DNA of 64,000 nucleotides from Camelus ferus. Lineage: Eukaryota. Below are positions 49,760-63,593 of this stretch, in pieces (position 1 is the stretch's first letter; each line of letters opens with the position of its first letter). The stretch spans positions 57,352,001 to 57,416,000 of the forward strand of contig NC_045696.1 in the NCBI RefSeq assembly GCF_009834535.1. The letters are read 5' to 3'. The notes beneath the pieces were generated by a model that ran no database searches, was not told the DNA's origin, and worked only from the letters and a program-made list of their open reading frames with translations. Made by a program: the position numbers and the translations under genes.

Positions 49760-52700
49760 TAAGTGAAAATAAAATTCAAAAAACTTTAAATTATTAAATA
49801 GAAAGAAAGGATAAGAAAGAAACAGAAAACAGAAGAAAAAAAAGATGGCCAAAATGGAAGACAAATCAAATCATGTCAATAGTTACATTAAATGAACTAA
49901 CCACTTGAATGACAAAGCAGAGCTTATGAGAAGAAATAAAAAAGCAAAACTTAACTATATGCTGCCTTCGAGACATTTACTGTAAAGAAAGAAGTTGAAA
50001 GTAAAGAACAGAAAAGAATATACCATGCAAACAGTAAACGTAACAGATACAACAGAACTTCCAGTAAAGAAATTACTAGAGATAAGAGTAATATTTCATA
50101 AATACAAAAAGGAACGTTTTATCAGAAGACATAAAATCATAAATGCATATGTACTTATTAAAAGAGATCCAAAATACAAAGAAACAAAAAGTGACAGAGT
50201 TAAAAGGAAAAACAGACAACTTCACAATCACAGTTAAAGATTTTATCTCCTCTTAGCAACTGGACATAAAACAGACAAAACAACTAGACAAAAGTCAGTT
50301 TAGTTTCAACAACTAGACAAAAATCAATCAAAAAAAGATAATCTGAATAACACTATGATTTTAAGTGATATTTATAAAATGTTACATCCAATAACTACAG
50401 AATATATCTTCTTTATGAGTGCACAAGCTATGTTCACTAAGACAGACAATATACTGTGTCATAAAACAAGTCTATAAATTTCAAAGCACTGAAATCATAT
50501 ACAGCATATTATCTGATTATAATGAAATTAAATTAGAAATTAATAATAATAAGATATCTAGAAACAAAACTAAATATCTGGATAGTTAACCGACAACACA
50601 CTTCTAAATAATCCATGATCCAAGAAAAAGTCACAAGGAAAATTAGAAAACTCTTCAAAAACTTAATGATAAAAAACAAACATATCAAACCATGTGCTTA
50701 AGAGGGAATTTTATAATTTTAAATGTTTATATAAGAAAAGAAGATCTTAAGTTATATGAGAAGAGATCTTTACAAAGCTAGAAAAAAGTAAAACCAAATA
50801 AATAGAAATACCAAAGAGCCAAAATTAATAAAAGTGAAAAAAAAACAGCAATAGAGAAAATTAACAAGCCCCAAACTTGGTTCTTTAAAAAGATTTTTTA
50901 AAGTCAAATAATTTCTAGTTAAGTCAAGAAAATGAAGCACAAATTGGGAAGATGCTGGTTAAAGAGCACAAACTTGCAGTTAGAATATGAACAACTTTTG
51001 AAGATCTAATACCCAGCATTGTGATTACAGTTAACAATATTGTATTCTATACTTCAAAGTTGCTAAGAGACTAGATGTTCTCACAACAAAAAAGAAATGA
51101 TAATTATGTGCTGTAATGGAGGTGTTACGGTGGTAATCCTACTGCAACGTATAAATGTGTCAAAGCAACACCTTAAACTTATACAATAAGTCAATAACAT
51201 CTTAATTAAAAAAAAATAGGGATTAGGGTAGGGATGGGTACCACTACAGAGCTTACAAGCATAAAAGGATAAAAAGGGGATAGTATAACCAACATAACCA
51301 ACCAACATAACAAAGATTTGACATCTTCAATGAAATAGACAAAGCCTAAAAAAAAAAAAAAAAAATCCAAACTGACACAAGATGAAAAAGAAAATCAATT
51401 TATTATCAGCTCAAGGCCCAGACGGTTTCACTAGTGAATTCTTTCAAACCCTTGAAAAATAATACCAATCTTACACAAACTCTCAGAAAATAGAAGGGAA
51501 CACTTCCCCACTGATTTTTTTTCTTTTTTGATACCATTATAACCCTAATAGCAAAATCTGACAAAGGTACTACAAAACAAAGGAAAACCTTCATGATCAA
51601 AACAAAGACCAATAGCTTTCATAAATACGGATACAAAAATGCTTCAGAAAACAGTAGCAAACCAAATTTAGTAATATATAAAAACAATAATACTTTATGA
51701 CCAAGTGGGGTTTATCCTAACATTACCAGGTTGGTTTAATATTTAAAAATTAAAGTACTGTACCATATTAACAGAGTAAAGAAAACTCATATGGTCATTT
51801 CAATAAATGCAGAAAAGGCATTTGACAAAATCCAACACCAATTCTCATCAAACTAGGAATACAGGGGAATGATCTCAGCCTGATAAAGGATATACATCGA
51901 AAACTGAAAGCTGGTAGCACAGCTAGTGGTAAAATAAGGAACACTTTCCCCTAAGATCAGGAACAGTGCAAGAAGGCCAATCTTACCACTTCTATGAAAC
52001 AGTGTAATGAAGGTCCTAGCCATTATATGAAAAAGAAATAAAGGCATAAAGATTAGAAAGGAGTAAGTAAACTTGTCTTTATTTGCAGACGATATGATTA
52101 TTTATGTAGAAAATCCTAAGGACTCTATAAAGAGACTAGAACTAATAAAACAAATATTTATCAAGCTCACATAAGCAAAATTCAATTGTATACTTACATA
52201 TAAGCATCAAACAGCCAGAAAATGAAATTAGAATAAATTCCATCTACAATAGCATTAAAAAGGATTTCAGAATATTTTTAACATGTGCACAACTCCTCCA
52301 ATCAAAGCTATAAACCACTGATGAAAGAAATCAAAGAAGATCTTAATAAGTGAAGAGAAATACTATACTCATGGATTGAAAAATTCAGTAGTGTTAAGAT
52401 GTCAATTCTCCCTAAATTGACCTATAGACTTAGCATAATGCCAATTCAAAATCCCATCCAGCTTTTTTTTTCCAAATAGAATTTGAGAAAATTGGTTTTA
52501 TAATTTCTGTGGAAATGCAAAGGACCTGGAATAATCAAAGCAATCTTGAAAAGAAGAACAGTTAGAGGACTTATACTACCTGACTTCAAGACTAACTACA
52601 GACTACAGTAGTGAAAACTGTGTAATACTGACATAAGAACTGACAAAAAGATCAACAGAATAGAAAGCTCAGACATAGACCTAGTAATCATTTGTTTTCA

Positions 52701-54215
52701 ACAAAGGTACCAAAGCAATCCAATGAGGAAAGTAAAATGTTTTCAGGAAATGGTGCTGAAACAATTGGATATCTATATAGAAAAAAATAAAAACTTAACT
52801 TTATCCTACATCACATACAAAAATTTACTGAGATTCAGACACTTAACTGTGAAAGCAAAAACTATATAGAAGAAAGAAAACATAAGAGAATATCTGCATG
52901 ACTTGGAGTTAAGCAAAGTTTTCATAGATGGGACACAGAAAATTACAAACCTCCCAAAAACCCGATAAATAATAGACTTTATCAAAATTTTAAATGTCTG
53001 CTAATTAAAAGATATCCTGAAGAAAATTAATAGGAGGCAAGCCACAGCATGATAGAAAATACTCACTAAATATATCTGATAATAAACTGGAATTCAGGAT
53101 ATATACAGAATTAATACAACTTGATAAATAGGCAAAGAACTTGATTATTAAAATGGTGAAATGACTTGAACACATAGTTCACAAAAAGAAGATATACAGA
53201 TGACCCAGAATCCCCCCAAAAAATGTTCCACATCATTTGTCATGAAGGAAATGCAAGTTGAAACCAAAATGACCTACCACTACACACCCATTACAATGGC
53301 TAAAATTTCAAAAATGGACAATAACAAATCTTAGAGAAGATATGGAGCAACTAGAACTCTCATATATTTTAGATGAGAGTATAAGTAATACAACTACTTT
53401 GGAAAAAGATCTGGCATTTCCCTATAAAGCTATATATATTCTTACTCTATGGCCCAGAAATTCGTCAACTAGCATTTAATGAAGATAAATAAAAACATAT
53501 GTCCACACAAATACTTGTATAAGAATATCCATAGCAGCTTAATTCATAATAGCCAAAGCATGAAAAAGACAGGTATCCATCAAAAGAAAATTATAGCACA
53601 ATCATGCAAAAGGAAAATGCAGTATACTCACAAAATGGAATATTTCTTAGCAATATAAAAGAATAAATTAGGATATATGCAACAATATAAATGAACCTCA
53701 AAACATGCTGAGTGAAAGAGGTTTTACACAAAAGAACACAAATGTATGATTACATTTATAGGATATAAAACAGGCAAAATTAATATATGGCAAAAAAAAA
53801 CAGAACACTGATCATCTCTGGAGGGGAAGAATGGGGCTGACTGCAAAAGGGTACTTTGTGGGGTGATATATCTTGATAGGGATTTGGGTAACACAGGTGT
53901 ACATTGACAAAACTCAATGAACGGTACACTTAATACTTGTACATTTCATGTCTTGTAAATCTTACTTCAAAAGAAAAAGAACTATAAACAAATATTAAAA
54001 TCTAGTCAATGACATGAATGTTGAACTAGTTAGAGAAAAATGGACTAATGTCTACAATTTACTGTGAACTGTATAAAAAATTAAGATGAGTTCTTAGATG
54101 GATAAATGGATAGATATTTGGTTAAAAAAATACAGTAAATGTTGACAGAATCTAGATGGTAGGTATACAGGTGTTCACTATAAAATTCAATTTTTCTAGA
54201 GTTGCTGAAAAATGT
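49760..54215 (+). mobile_element. Second old degenerate L1 (ORF2 and L1MC-like 3'UTR) with an L1MA-like 3' end nested at about 50945-51215
   Basis: ORF2 motifs [14 protein letters not shown] (about 51800-51840) and LFADDMIIYVENPK (about 52078-52120); heavily frameshifted. Confidence 0.85.
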
Positions 54216-54999
54216 CTTAGAACTTTGGAGGAAAGTTGAGTTGAGAATGGGAGAACAGAAGAGACTGGAAAGCCTAGATGCTAAAAACCAGGAAGCAAAA
54301 ATTTTTATCAGTGCACAGTACTGCCCAGGAACCATGGGGCTCTGTTGACCAGTATGCCTGTCAGTTTGGAAGGGTATAATCTTATAATGGAGATGAACGA
54401 ATCCAGTTATCCCAGATTTACACTAGCTAATTAAGATCATCAAACTAACTCTCCTTGTTCTGATATTCAAGCTCAATAAGCAGCCTTCTAGTGATTAAAA
54501 TCTAGCTTCCCACAGAGATTTTTACCAAAGGCAGATAGAACATACTAGCCAATCAACAGGCAGCTGAATTTTTTACTGTTAGCTAATTAATGTGAGCATT
54601 ATGATTTCTATAATAGACATTTAAGTTAGGTTAGACTGAACTGTATACTTTAAACCTGATCAAATCTCAGAATACCAAAAGCAAAAGTGTCTTCTCAAAT
54701 GAAGAAACTGATTATAAAATTAAAAATAATGATTCATCTCTAACACAGATTTCTAAGACTGTAGAATCAGAAAGGTTCCTGAGATCATGGTGCTTATTGT
54801 CTACTTTTTTCTCATTATTCGTTGTTGGGACACTACCTTAATGTCTTTCCTGAACCTTTCCAATGGAATAGCCTCCAAAAAAACATTTTATCAGACAGAA
54901 GAGGCTTATACTGCTTCCTGGAATAAATTCTATTAAAACACTCAAGCATAGATACAGCAAAGACAAACAGATATTTATAAGAAGTATACATTTAATTAC

Positions 55000-55115
55000 C
55001 TGTGTACCCTCATTAGAAACATCTGGGAAAGAAGTCTGAGATGCTGTTTCATGATTTTGCAATGTTGGTTTATTTAGAAATTGGCTAATTTCTTCAGATT
55101 TTTGCTGGAGTTGAT
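55000..55115 (-). CDS. GOLGB1: GOLGB1 exon (about 10) (D)QLQQKSEEISQFLNKPTLQNHETASQTSFPDVSNEGTQ
   Basis: tag|AT...CAG|gtaat, 116 nt, phase 1 to 0. Confidence 0.94.
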
Positions 55116-55485
55116 CTAAAGAAATGAGAATAAGTAAATTGAAATGTTCTTTGCCTCAAGTCTGAAACTTAGTGAGTTATTATCATCTAGGGATATACCA
55201 TATGCTGTTTACGCTAGTTCAGTTATCTTAATTAAAATTATGATGCCAAGGACATTTTTTTAAATTGTTTAAATACTCACAAGAACCAAAGGACATCTCA
55301 GTAAGCTTCCTTCAAAGGTAAAATAAAACATGCCTAGGTATTTTTTAAAAAGTCATTCTTTTCTTCCCCCCTTGAAAATACCTTTAGTGTCTATTTTCTT
55401 CACTCTCTACATAAGCGTTGTAAATCCTCCTGAGACTCTACTAGCACAGTTTTAAACATGAACATGGCTCAGTTAAGAGAACAGC

Positions 55486-56097
55486 ATGCTCCCCCAATGT
55501 TCAAAGCAGCACTATATACAATAGCCAAGACATGAAAACAACCTAAATGTCCATCAACACATGACTGGATAAAGAAGTTCTGGTATATTTACACAATTGA
55601 ATATTATTCAGTCATAAAAAAGAATAAAATAATGCCATTTGCAGCAACATGGATAGACCCAGAGATCATCATTTTAAGTGAAGTAAGCCAGAAAGAGAAA
55701 GAAAAATACCATACATCACTCATATGTGAAATCTACAAAAAGAAAGAAAAGGACACTATGAACTCATCTACAAAACAGAAACAGACTCAAAGACATAGTA
55801 AACAATCTTATGGTTACCAGGGATAGAGAGTGGGAAGGGATAAATTTGGGAGTTTGAGATTTACAAATGTTAGCCACTATATATAAAAATAGATTTTAAA
55901 AAAAGTTTCTTCTATATAGCCCAGGGAACTATGTTCAATATCTTGTAATAACCTTTAATGAAAAAGAATATGAAAAATATATATGTATATGGATGACTAG
56001 GGCATTGTGTTGTACACCAGAAATTGACACATGGGAACTGACTGTATATCAATTTTAAAAAATAAATTAATTAAAGAAACTTGGGAGAAAAAAAAAA
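55486..56097 (+). mobile_element. 5'-truncated L1 3' end, same type as 10227-10783
   Basis: ORF2 C-terminus [40 protein letters not shown](T/C)GCT on both flanks. Confidence 0.9.
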
Positions 56098-56669
56098 CAG
56101 AGAACAGCACGCTTATGTAACACACTGTTCCCAGGTAATGCCCCTCGAGGCTTTCTGGTTAATGTTCAGCTCTTCACTACTGTAATAAAACACATTGAAA
56201 AATAAGTTTTCTTTAAAGCTTATTAAAAGATAAAAGTTTTCTATAAAAAGAAATTTTCAGCTATTAGAAAAGCATTCAGATCCATCTTTAGAAGTAAGGA
56301 TGACTCCATACAACTCAGTCTTCCCAATGTTTGCAACTAGATCTGGCCTGAGTTTTTGACAAATTAATTCAAATCCTACTCTTTTTAGTCAGTGAATCCT
56401 TCAGACCACAGTCATGTCTCATATAGCATTCTTTTTAATACCTGACACATAACTGTCAATAGTTTTTAGTACTATTATGATAATTACAATGCTAAGCCAG
56501 ATTATAACTTCAGTCAGAGATGGGAGAAATGAAACAGAGCTCAGAAGAGATGCTTTTCTTAATCCTTCTATTGACTCAATTGATTTAAGCAAATGATGTC
56601 ATCCCTAGAATTTTAAAGTAGGAGCCACTCTGGTAGACAGGTGAGCTTCAAAAGCAACAAAATACTGAC

Positions 56670-57072
56670 CTTCCAGCTGTTGAATGGTCTGGGCTGAACG
56701 AACCGCCTGTTCACTCTTTTCTTGGAGAAGACTTGAATTTTGATCCTTTAGGGCATCACAGGCAGTGTGCAGCTCTTGTTCAGTCTTTTGAAGACTCAAA
56801 ATGTGAGAGGTCTTCTCTTCCATTTCTGCTCTGTGCTTCTGTTCCAAAGCACTGTACCGGGACTGCAGTTCAGCCTGGGCTTGACTGGCTTGTTCAAGCT
56901 GTTCCAGAAGATGATGCATTTCTTCCTGCAGGTTGTGGAAGGATAATTTTTTCTCTGCCACTTCAAGTTCCATCTTTTCCATCAGAATCTTGGACTCTTG
57001 TTTTTCTGTTTCTATAGTGTTCCTTAAAGTATTACGTTCAGCTTCCATCTGCTCTAACTGCTGAGAGAGAAT
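56670..57072 (-). CDS. GOLGB1: GOLGB1 exon (about 9) ILSQQLEQMEAERNTLRN...SAQTIQQLE
   Basis: tag|ATT...GAA G|gtcag, 403 nt, phase 0 to 1; ORF 56605-57048. Confidence 0.96.
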
Positions 57073-58536
57073 CTAAGAAAAAAAGATGAAGCCACGTGAA
57101 CCATAAATTCATTCTTTCATTTCAATAAGCATAGTGAAGTGCTTCTTCCAGGTGAAGCCTGGGCCAAGACACTCAAGACCAAGCCTATAATTGCATAATA
57201 TCCTCTGTTATTGTTTCTTGATACTTTTGACAGTTTCTATTCATATATTTTTTATTTGTGGCATTATCATCTCACTTATGTGTCTCCCAGTATAAAATAA
57301 GTTCAATAAGGGAAGGGACTGTGTGTTTTATCATCATTGTTCTCCAGCACCCAACATAGTACATGGCATATTGACTACATGTTACTCAATAAATACTGAA
57401 TAAATGAATGAATAAAGGATCCAGTCCCTGCCCTCAAGGAACTCAAGAGTTTATTGGGAGATTCACACTTAAAAGATCATAGTAATATAAAATGATTGAG
57501 GCCATGAGAGAGATACTTACAAGGTATTAAAAGGAGCAGAGAAGGGAAATTTACCATAAAGTCACATATATGTAACTATCTCTATAGAACCTATCTAGTA
57601 AGTAACACAACTGGGATTTGAACCTGACAATCTGATGACAGCCAGAGAGGGAACTCAGGGTCAGGGCATGGGTTTTGTTAGCACTGGAGATACGGAAACA
57701 TGTTTCTCTGCAAGAAAGACAGTCCTTCTCAAGGGGAGTTGAAAATTAAGAAAGGAGATGATTTTCTTGCAGCACCCAGATGAACGAGTGGAGAATGTGG
57801 ACTGCAGCATTCATTCCACGTTAGGATTTGGCTCCCTGGATGTGAAGGGGCAGCAACACAGGGGATCCAAGGGCTGGTAAAAGAGTAGTCCAGATGGTCA
57901 ATTACAAGTCTATACTAGACAAGGAAAGGAGAGAGGCCAAGAACGAACTAACACACTGGAGGAACAAACTGAAAGGATCAAGAAATCCTAATGAGAATGA
58001 AGGTGAGTTCAGCCTGAGAAAGGGAGTAACAGGATGGGTTACAGTCAGGGTATGGGATACTTGAGTTTCAGATTTTGGAACACGAGCATCCTTAATCACC
58101 TTTAGATGTGAGGGAACACTGCATGGTGGGATTATTTTAATCCAACAGAAAATTAACCAACAAAAACAAGCAAAGAAGGGACAGTATATAATGCACAAGA
58201 AACATTCACAACAGAGAAGGGAAAACTGACAGAAAAGAAACTCAAAGAAAAGAAAAGGAAAATGCAACATTCTAGAGAAAGTAGGACTCGACCCAAAATC
58301 ACAAAGGAAAAGAGAGACAGTAAAAGACGTGAAATGTAAGCTTCGTGAGGGAGGAACTGTATCTGTTTTGCTCATCAGAATATCACCAGCACTTAAGCAC
58401 AGGGAATTTGTTGAAAGAATGAATAAATGGCACCAATTCTCTGAAGGTTTCTAATAGGATTTTATACCTGCTGCCTGGCGAACTAAGGTGGAAAGGAACC
58501 CTCCCACAGCAGGCAGTAGAGATCATAAGGCGGTAC

Positions 58537-58650
58537 CTTGTTTCTCTGTTCGGCAGCAGTCAGCTCCTGTTGGAGCAAGTCCACAACCTGAGCACGGCCC
58601 AACAAGGCTTCTTCATGCTCTTCAAGCTTCCTCTGCAGCACCCTCAGTTT
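58537..58650 (-). CDS. GOLGB1: GOLGB1 exon (about 8) KLRVLQRKLEEHEEALLGRAQVVDLLQQELTAAEQRNK
   Basis: cag|AAA...AAG|gtacc, 114 nt, phase 0 to 0. Confidence 0.95.
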
Positions 58651-59784
58651 CTGAGGAGAAAACGTTTCCACATGATGTGCTAACAAATGAGCACAGTTAT
58701 CTGCTTACCTTTCAAAATGTCACACAGCATGGTCTACTTAGGATTTTTGGATGTTGAGGATGATACATTCAAGTGTGAGACACCAGCATGCCATGCTCCT
58801 CATCCAGCAGCAACAAAGAATCTCCAAAAATGTCTTCTCTAGAACACCACCAACAACCAAATGGACACAAGCAAGCCCCTGAATTAGGGAGCCTTTTTAA
58901 TAATTAGATATTTATTACACATATCCACCTTTAAAATTATATAGTCAATGTGCTGTACCTAAATAACATAGGTACATGTGTATTTCACTCACCAAAGAGG
59001 ACATTCTCTACAGGTAAGAACCATTTCTCTTCCAGTTTCATGCATGGGACATGCACTGGATAAATATTTGTTGAATGAATAAATCAATGATACATGTATA
59101 TATCAATATGCTACTTTAAAAAGTGCCATATTCTGAAACTTTACTTAGTGGTGTACTCTGAAGGACTGCCTAGAACTTGGAAGAGGTTTTTACTGAAAAA
59201 AAAAAAAGAAAAAAATTAAATGGATCAACCATGAAATACCACTGGAGTGCCTTCGGGTACCACACTGTACTACGCACTGAACAGAAATGAAATACTTTTG
59301 AGTTAGTAGATGATAAAGCTAAAAACAATGAAGCCAATTTTCAAAACTTACTCAGTGAACTTTTTAAAAAAAGAATTATCGATTTAATAGAAGACTTTAT
59401 GGCTTCAAAATCACTTCTTTTTACCTTTAAATTATTTAAAGTTTAAAACTGACTTCATTGATTTAAAGCTTTGGATCAGGTTTTTAATGCACAAAGGTAG
59501 CTATGACAGGCAAACTGAAGAGAAACCAACTTCCGACTACCACATACATTTGCCAATTCAACTCAGCTTTTGAGTACCAGCAACCTGATGAGAGGGGTAA
59601 GAGGCGAGGTAAGGAGAAATAAATAATTAATATGCAACAGAAGAGAAGAACACCAAAAATAAGCCAACTGATGAGCAGACCCCAACCAAGTGAAGAGCAG
59701 TGGGTGAGAATGGAAGAGGTGCTGTGATAACTTAATCAAAGTTAACTAAAACGACAGTCATTCTACTAAGTTTTAGCAACACAC

Positions 59785-59907
59785 CTGTTGCATCTCTGTT
59801 TCCACATCTGCCTGGGTTACTAACTGAAGAAGCTCATCTTCATGAAGACGAACTTGTGTTTCAAAGCGGGCATCTTTCTCTCGGACCACCTGCTGCATGG
59901 AACTCAA
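59785..59907 (-). CDS. GOLGB1: GOLGB1 exon (about 7) LSSMQQVVREKDARFETQVRLHEDELLQLVTQADVETEMQQ
   Basis: cag|TTG...CAG|gtgtg, 123 nt; alternative in-frame acceptor at 59892. Confidence 0.94.
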
Positions 59908-61770
59908 CTGAAGACACACACCAGAGAAACTATACAAGTTACACTCCCCGAATATCACACAGACAAAACTCACAGACTATTCTCCAAAGACAGACACTGG
60001 GAACTGATAGACAATAGGCTTTTTAAATTAAATTTAGAACGTCAAGGATGAGAATGTTAGGCAAGAGATACAGGCCTGATGGTAACTTCCAAATGTGAGA
60101 GGAAGCTTATTACCAAATTCAGAAGTCAACCTATATATAAATTTTGAATAATTATATTTGCATGTTTAATAGAAGTGTTTAAATACACAGAGGTATATTC
60201 TTAAAAGATCTAAGGAGATTAGAATACTAAGCAGACAAAGTTAGATTCCTGTTAAGCCCTGGGCACTTCAATACTACACTTATGCTCGAAGAAAACTCTC
60301 AGTGAAATTGTCATGCCCTATAAATATAAACTTAAAACTAATGTATCTTTTACTCAAGATTCTCTACAATAGGGAAATACAAATCCTCTTTCCAGTCTTA
60401 TTTCCAAAGAATTGCTTCTACCAAAGAACTTGGTATATTTCCAAACCTACACCACCTCCCCAGGACAGCTATTTTCAGCTGCCATTATTTGCTGGCTTCT
60501 AGATCACCCAAACTGGCTCTTAACAGAATGAAGTGGAAATAAATTAACTGGTTGTGAGTTGCTCAGTATCAGTGTTTTTATTTTGTTTTGTTCTTGGGGG
60601 GGGGGGGTGCGCGCGTGCGCGGGTGCATGGACGCGCATGCACGCACGCGCTTATTCATTTCCTTGAAATCTGTGGTTGAGCACATCAACCAGCTCTTACC
60701 CTGCCCATTTTGCACAGACTCTTCAACTATTGCTGATTTCTCAATTTGTGACACCTTGAATTGACTCTGGCTCTCCTAGGTGGAAAAAAAACTCCATATT
60801 TTTGACTATCTGAATTTTGGTATCACTATGAATTTGAAACCTCCCTTGGTGGTCACACGCACAGTAAGCTCCTTCACCTCTCAAAATATTTTCAGTTCTT
60901 ATTGCTGCTGATATATATATTTTGGCTTTCTATGTATTAAGCCACTCAGTAAAAATATTTTATATTTCTTTATCCAACCCTGTATAAAGTGTTTGTACAT
61001 AAAAAGGACACAATAAAAGCTTACAAGCAAAACTAAGGATTTTAGGATAGACAACTTTAAATGTATACACAGCAGTAGACCACTAATAGTACAAGTTATC
61101 AATAAAGTAAACACCAAACACCCAATGGATAAAATTAGCTACTGTACAAAAGCACTTTAGGGAAAAAAATGTTTTGTGAATCAAAGGCCTTCACAAAGGA
61201 AAAATACAAGACTGGATGGTCAAACTGGAAATTTAGAAAAATAGAGTTGAGGATGCCAGTCCAAACAGTCTGGTCCTGGTAGCAGAAATAAATATGAAGA
61301 AGAAAGTCACATACTTTTAACGCTGAATCACATAACCTATACCACTTTCTCATTACATAATCACTAAGTAATCTTCTGATTATAATTTAACTTCCCATTA
61401 AGATTTTACTATAGAGAAAGAATGGATTTAATCATTTGTACTTCTTTTGGTTTATCTAATAGTCTCTTGAACTTAGCACAAACCCATTCCTTCCTGAGAC
61501 TGAAAGGCCATGTGCTATTAAAACCAAGTTTCTGGGCCTGTAGAACTACAAAACAGCCATCAATTAGGCTATAGTATACTCATCAAGGTAAATAACACTT
61601 CCAATTTCTTCTACTACCACACCCTTGTAATTTCTACTGTAGCATTCTAGCTACTACACTTTCATGTGCTAAAGTTTTAAAAACAGATTGTCTGAACTGA
61701 CTTGTCATGTCATAATCTTGGCCTTTCGCGAGTCTTTATTCCAGTGATTGTGAGGTAACTTCCACCCTAC

Positions 61771-61887
61771 CTGAGCAGCTTGCTCTGCCTGTGTCTGGCT
61801 GAGCTGGGTTTGCAAAGCGCTAATGAGTTCTTCCTTCTCTTGGAGCTGTTTCTTCATTATTAAAAGTTCTTCCATCTCTGTTGAACT
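61771..61887 (-). CDS. GOLGB1: GOLGB1 exon (about 6) SSTEMEELLIMKKQLQEKEELISALQTQLSQTQAEQAAQ; earlier exons lie beyond the window
   Basis: aag|AGT (or cag|TTT at 61896)...CAG|gtagg; ORF 61705-61908. Confidence 0.92.
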
Positions 61888-63084
61888 CTTAGCAAACTGA
61901 AAACACAAAAGGAAAAAAAAAATATTTAAGCAAAAGAATTAACACTCTTAATTCTTTGACCTCATTTGCCCTAAATACCTAACAGTATCCTTCTAATTTC
62001 CACTTCAAACTAAAGAGAATTGCCATATATGTTGGTTTTTTAAAAAAGTAATTGTCAAAATTATTTGTCAGAGGAAAACAGAAGCAATAGCAGAAGTTTT
62101 TCAGTTTCTCTGAATCCTCACATAGAAACAGAAAGCATAAATAGATAATAAAACCAAAATCCATGGACAATATTTACAATAAAATTAGGAAGGTAATCCT
62201 ACAAACCCCAAAATACAAGTAAGTAGGGATAAACAACCAAAAGGGACAAGATTTGCATGGGATTAGCGTTTGTGCTATAGGAAGAAGTCAGCAACAGAGC
62301 AACATCTGATGGCCTTGAGAACAACGCCCAAATAGCCAGTAAGTTCTTATTGCGTAGCACTGTTGGCCCATCTTAAAACAGCAGCTTATATTGGCAGGGC
62401 CTTCCCATTCTCCAATACTGGCTGAATGCAAGGGGTCCGTAGTAGAAAGGACTAACAGGCTAGACCAATCTAGTCCCTGTGAACTCTCAAAACTAACTCA
62501 TCAGGGGTTTTTTCCAAGATACAAACTACACTAAGAAGAAACATCTAGGTGTGAAATAGAAATTAAGCAGAATAGGGGTAACAGAAATAGAAGAAAAACA
62601 AGGGCTACACATGTGCTATATAATTCATTATCAACTAGCCACGTGTGGCTATCGAGGGCTTGAAATATATCTAATGTAAGTGAGGAAGTTAATTATTAAT
62701 ATTATTTAATTTAAATTAATTTAAGTATAAAATACTTTTTCATTAAATACAACTATGTTTTAGTATGATTATATTTCACTTTCCCTGTTGCATCACATAA
62801 GATACTGCTGAATTGTTGTGCAAGTAACAAGTATGCACATTGTTCCTAGTGCTATAATAAACATACCAGCTATCTAGTCTATGTCAAAGGATTGATTCAA
62901 TTTAAACACTTTCTTCCTACATACCGATGTAACCCTGTAATGTGTTTATCTGAATACCTTAAGCAGAGAGTAGGAGTACCAGTTGATAACCTATGCAAAT
63001 CATAATTGGTAACTAAATTACAATACAAACACTTATTATTAATTTTAGTCAAATTATTTTTCTAGTTAAAAATAAATATAGATA

Positions 63085-63593
63085 AAAAGATGTGGTATAT
63101 TCATACAATGGAATACTATTCAGCCATAAAAACCAACAACATAACGCCATTTGCAGCAACATGGATGTTCCTGGAGAATGTCATTCTAAGTGAAGTAAGC
63201 CAGAAAGAGAAAGAAAAATACCATATGAGATTGCTCATATGTGAAACCAAAACAAACAAACAAACAAACAAAAAAACACCATAAATACAAAACAGAAACA
63301 ACAGACTCATAGACAGAGAATACAAACTTGTGGTTGCCAAGGCAGCAGGGGGTGGAAAGGGACAGACTGGGATTTCAAAATTTGTAGATACTGACAGGCA
63401 TATGCAGAATAGATAAACAAGATTATACTGTATAGCACAGGGAAATATATACAAGATCTTGTGGTAGCTGCCAGCAAAAAAAATGTGACAATGAATATAT
63501 GTATGTTCATGTATAACTGAAAATTGTGCTCTACACTGGAATTTGACACAACATTGTAAAATGACTATAACTCAATAAAAAATGTTAAAAAAT
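63085..63593 (+). mobile_element. 5'-truncated young L1 3' end
   Basis: [58 protein letters not shown](A/G)TATAGATA on both flanks. Confidence 0.9.

Noticed and set aside
12288..61887. GOLGB1 as a true pseudogene or a programmed-frameshift gene
   Set aside because: All splice sites and phases are intact, there are no in-frame nonsense codons in the native frame, and I see no slippery heptamer at the three sites. Isolated +1 insertions fit sequencing error best.
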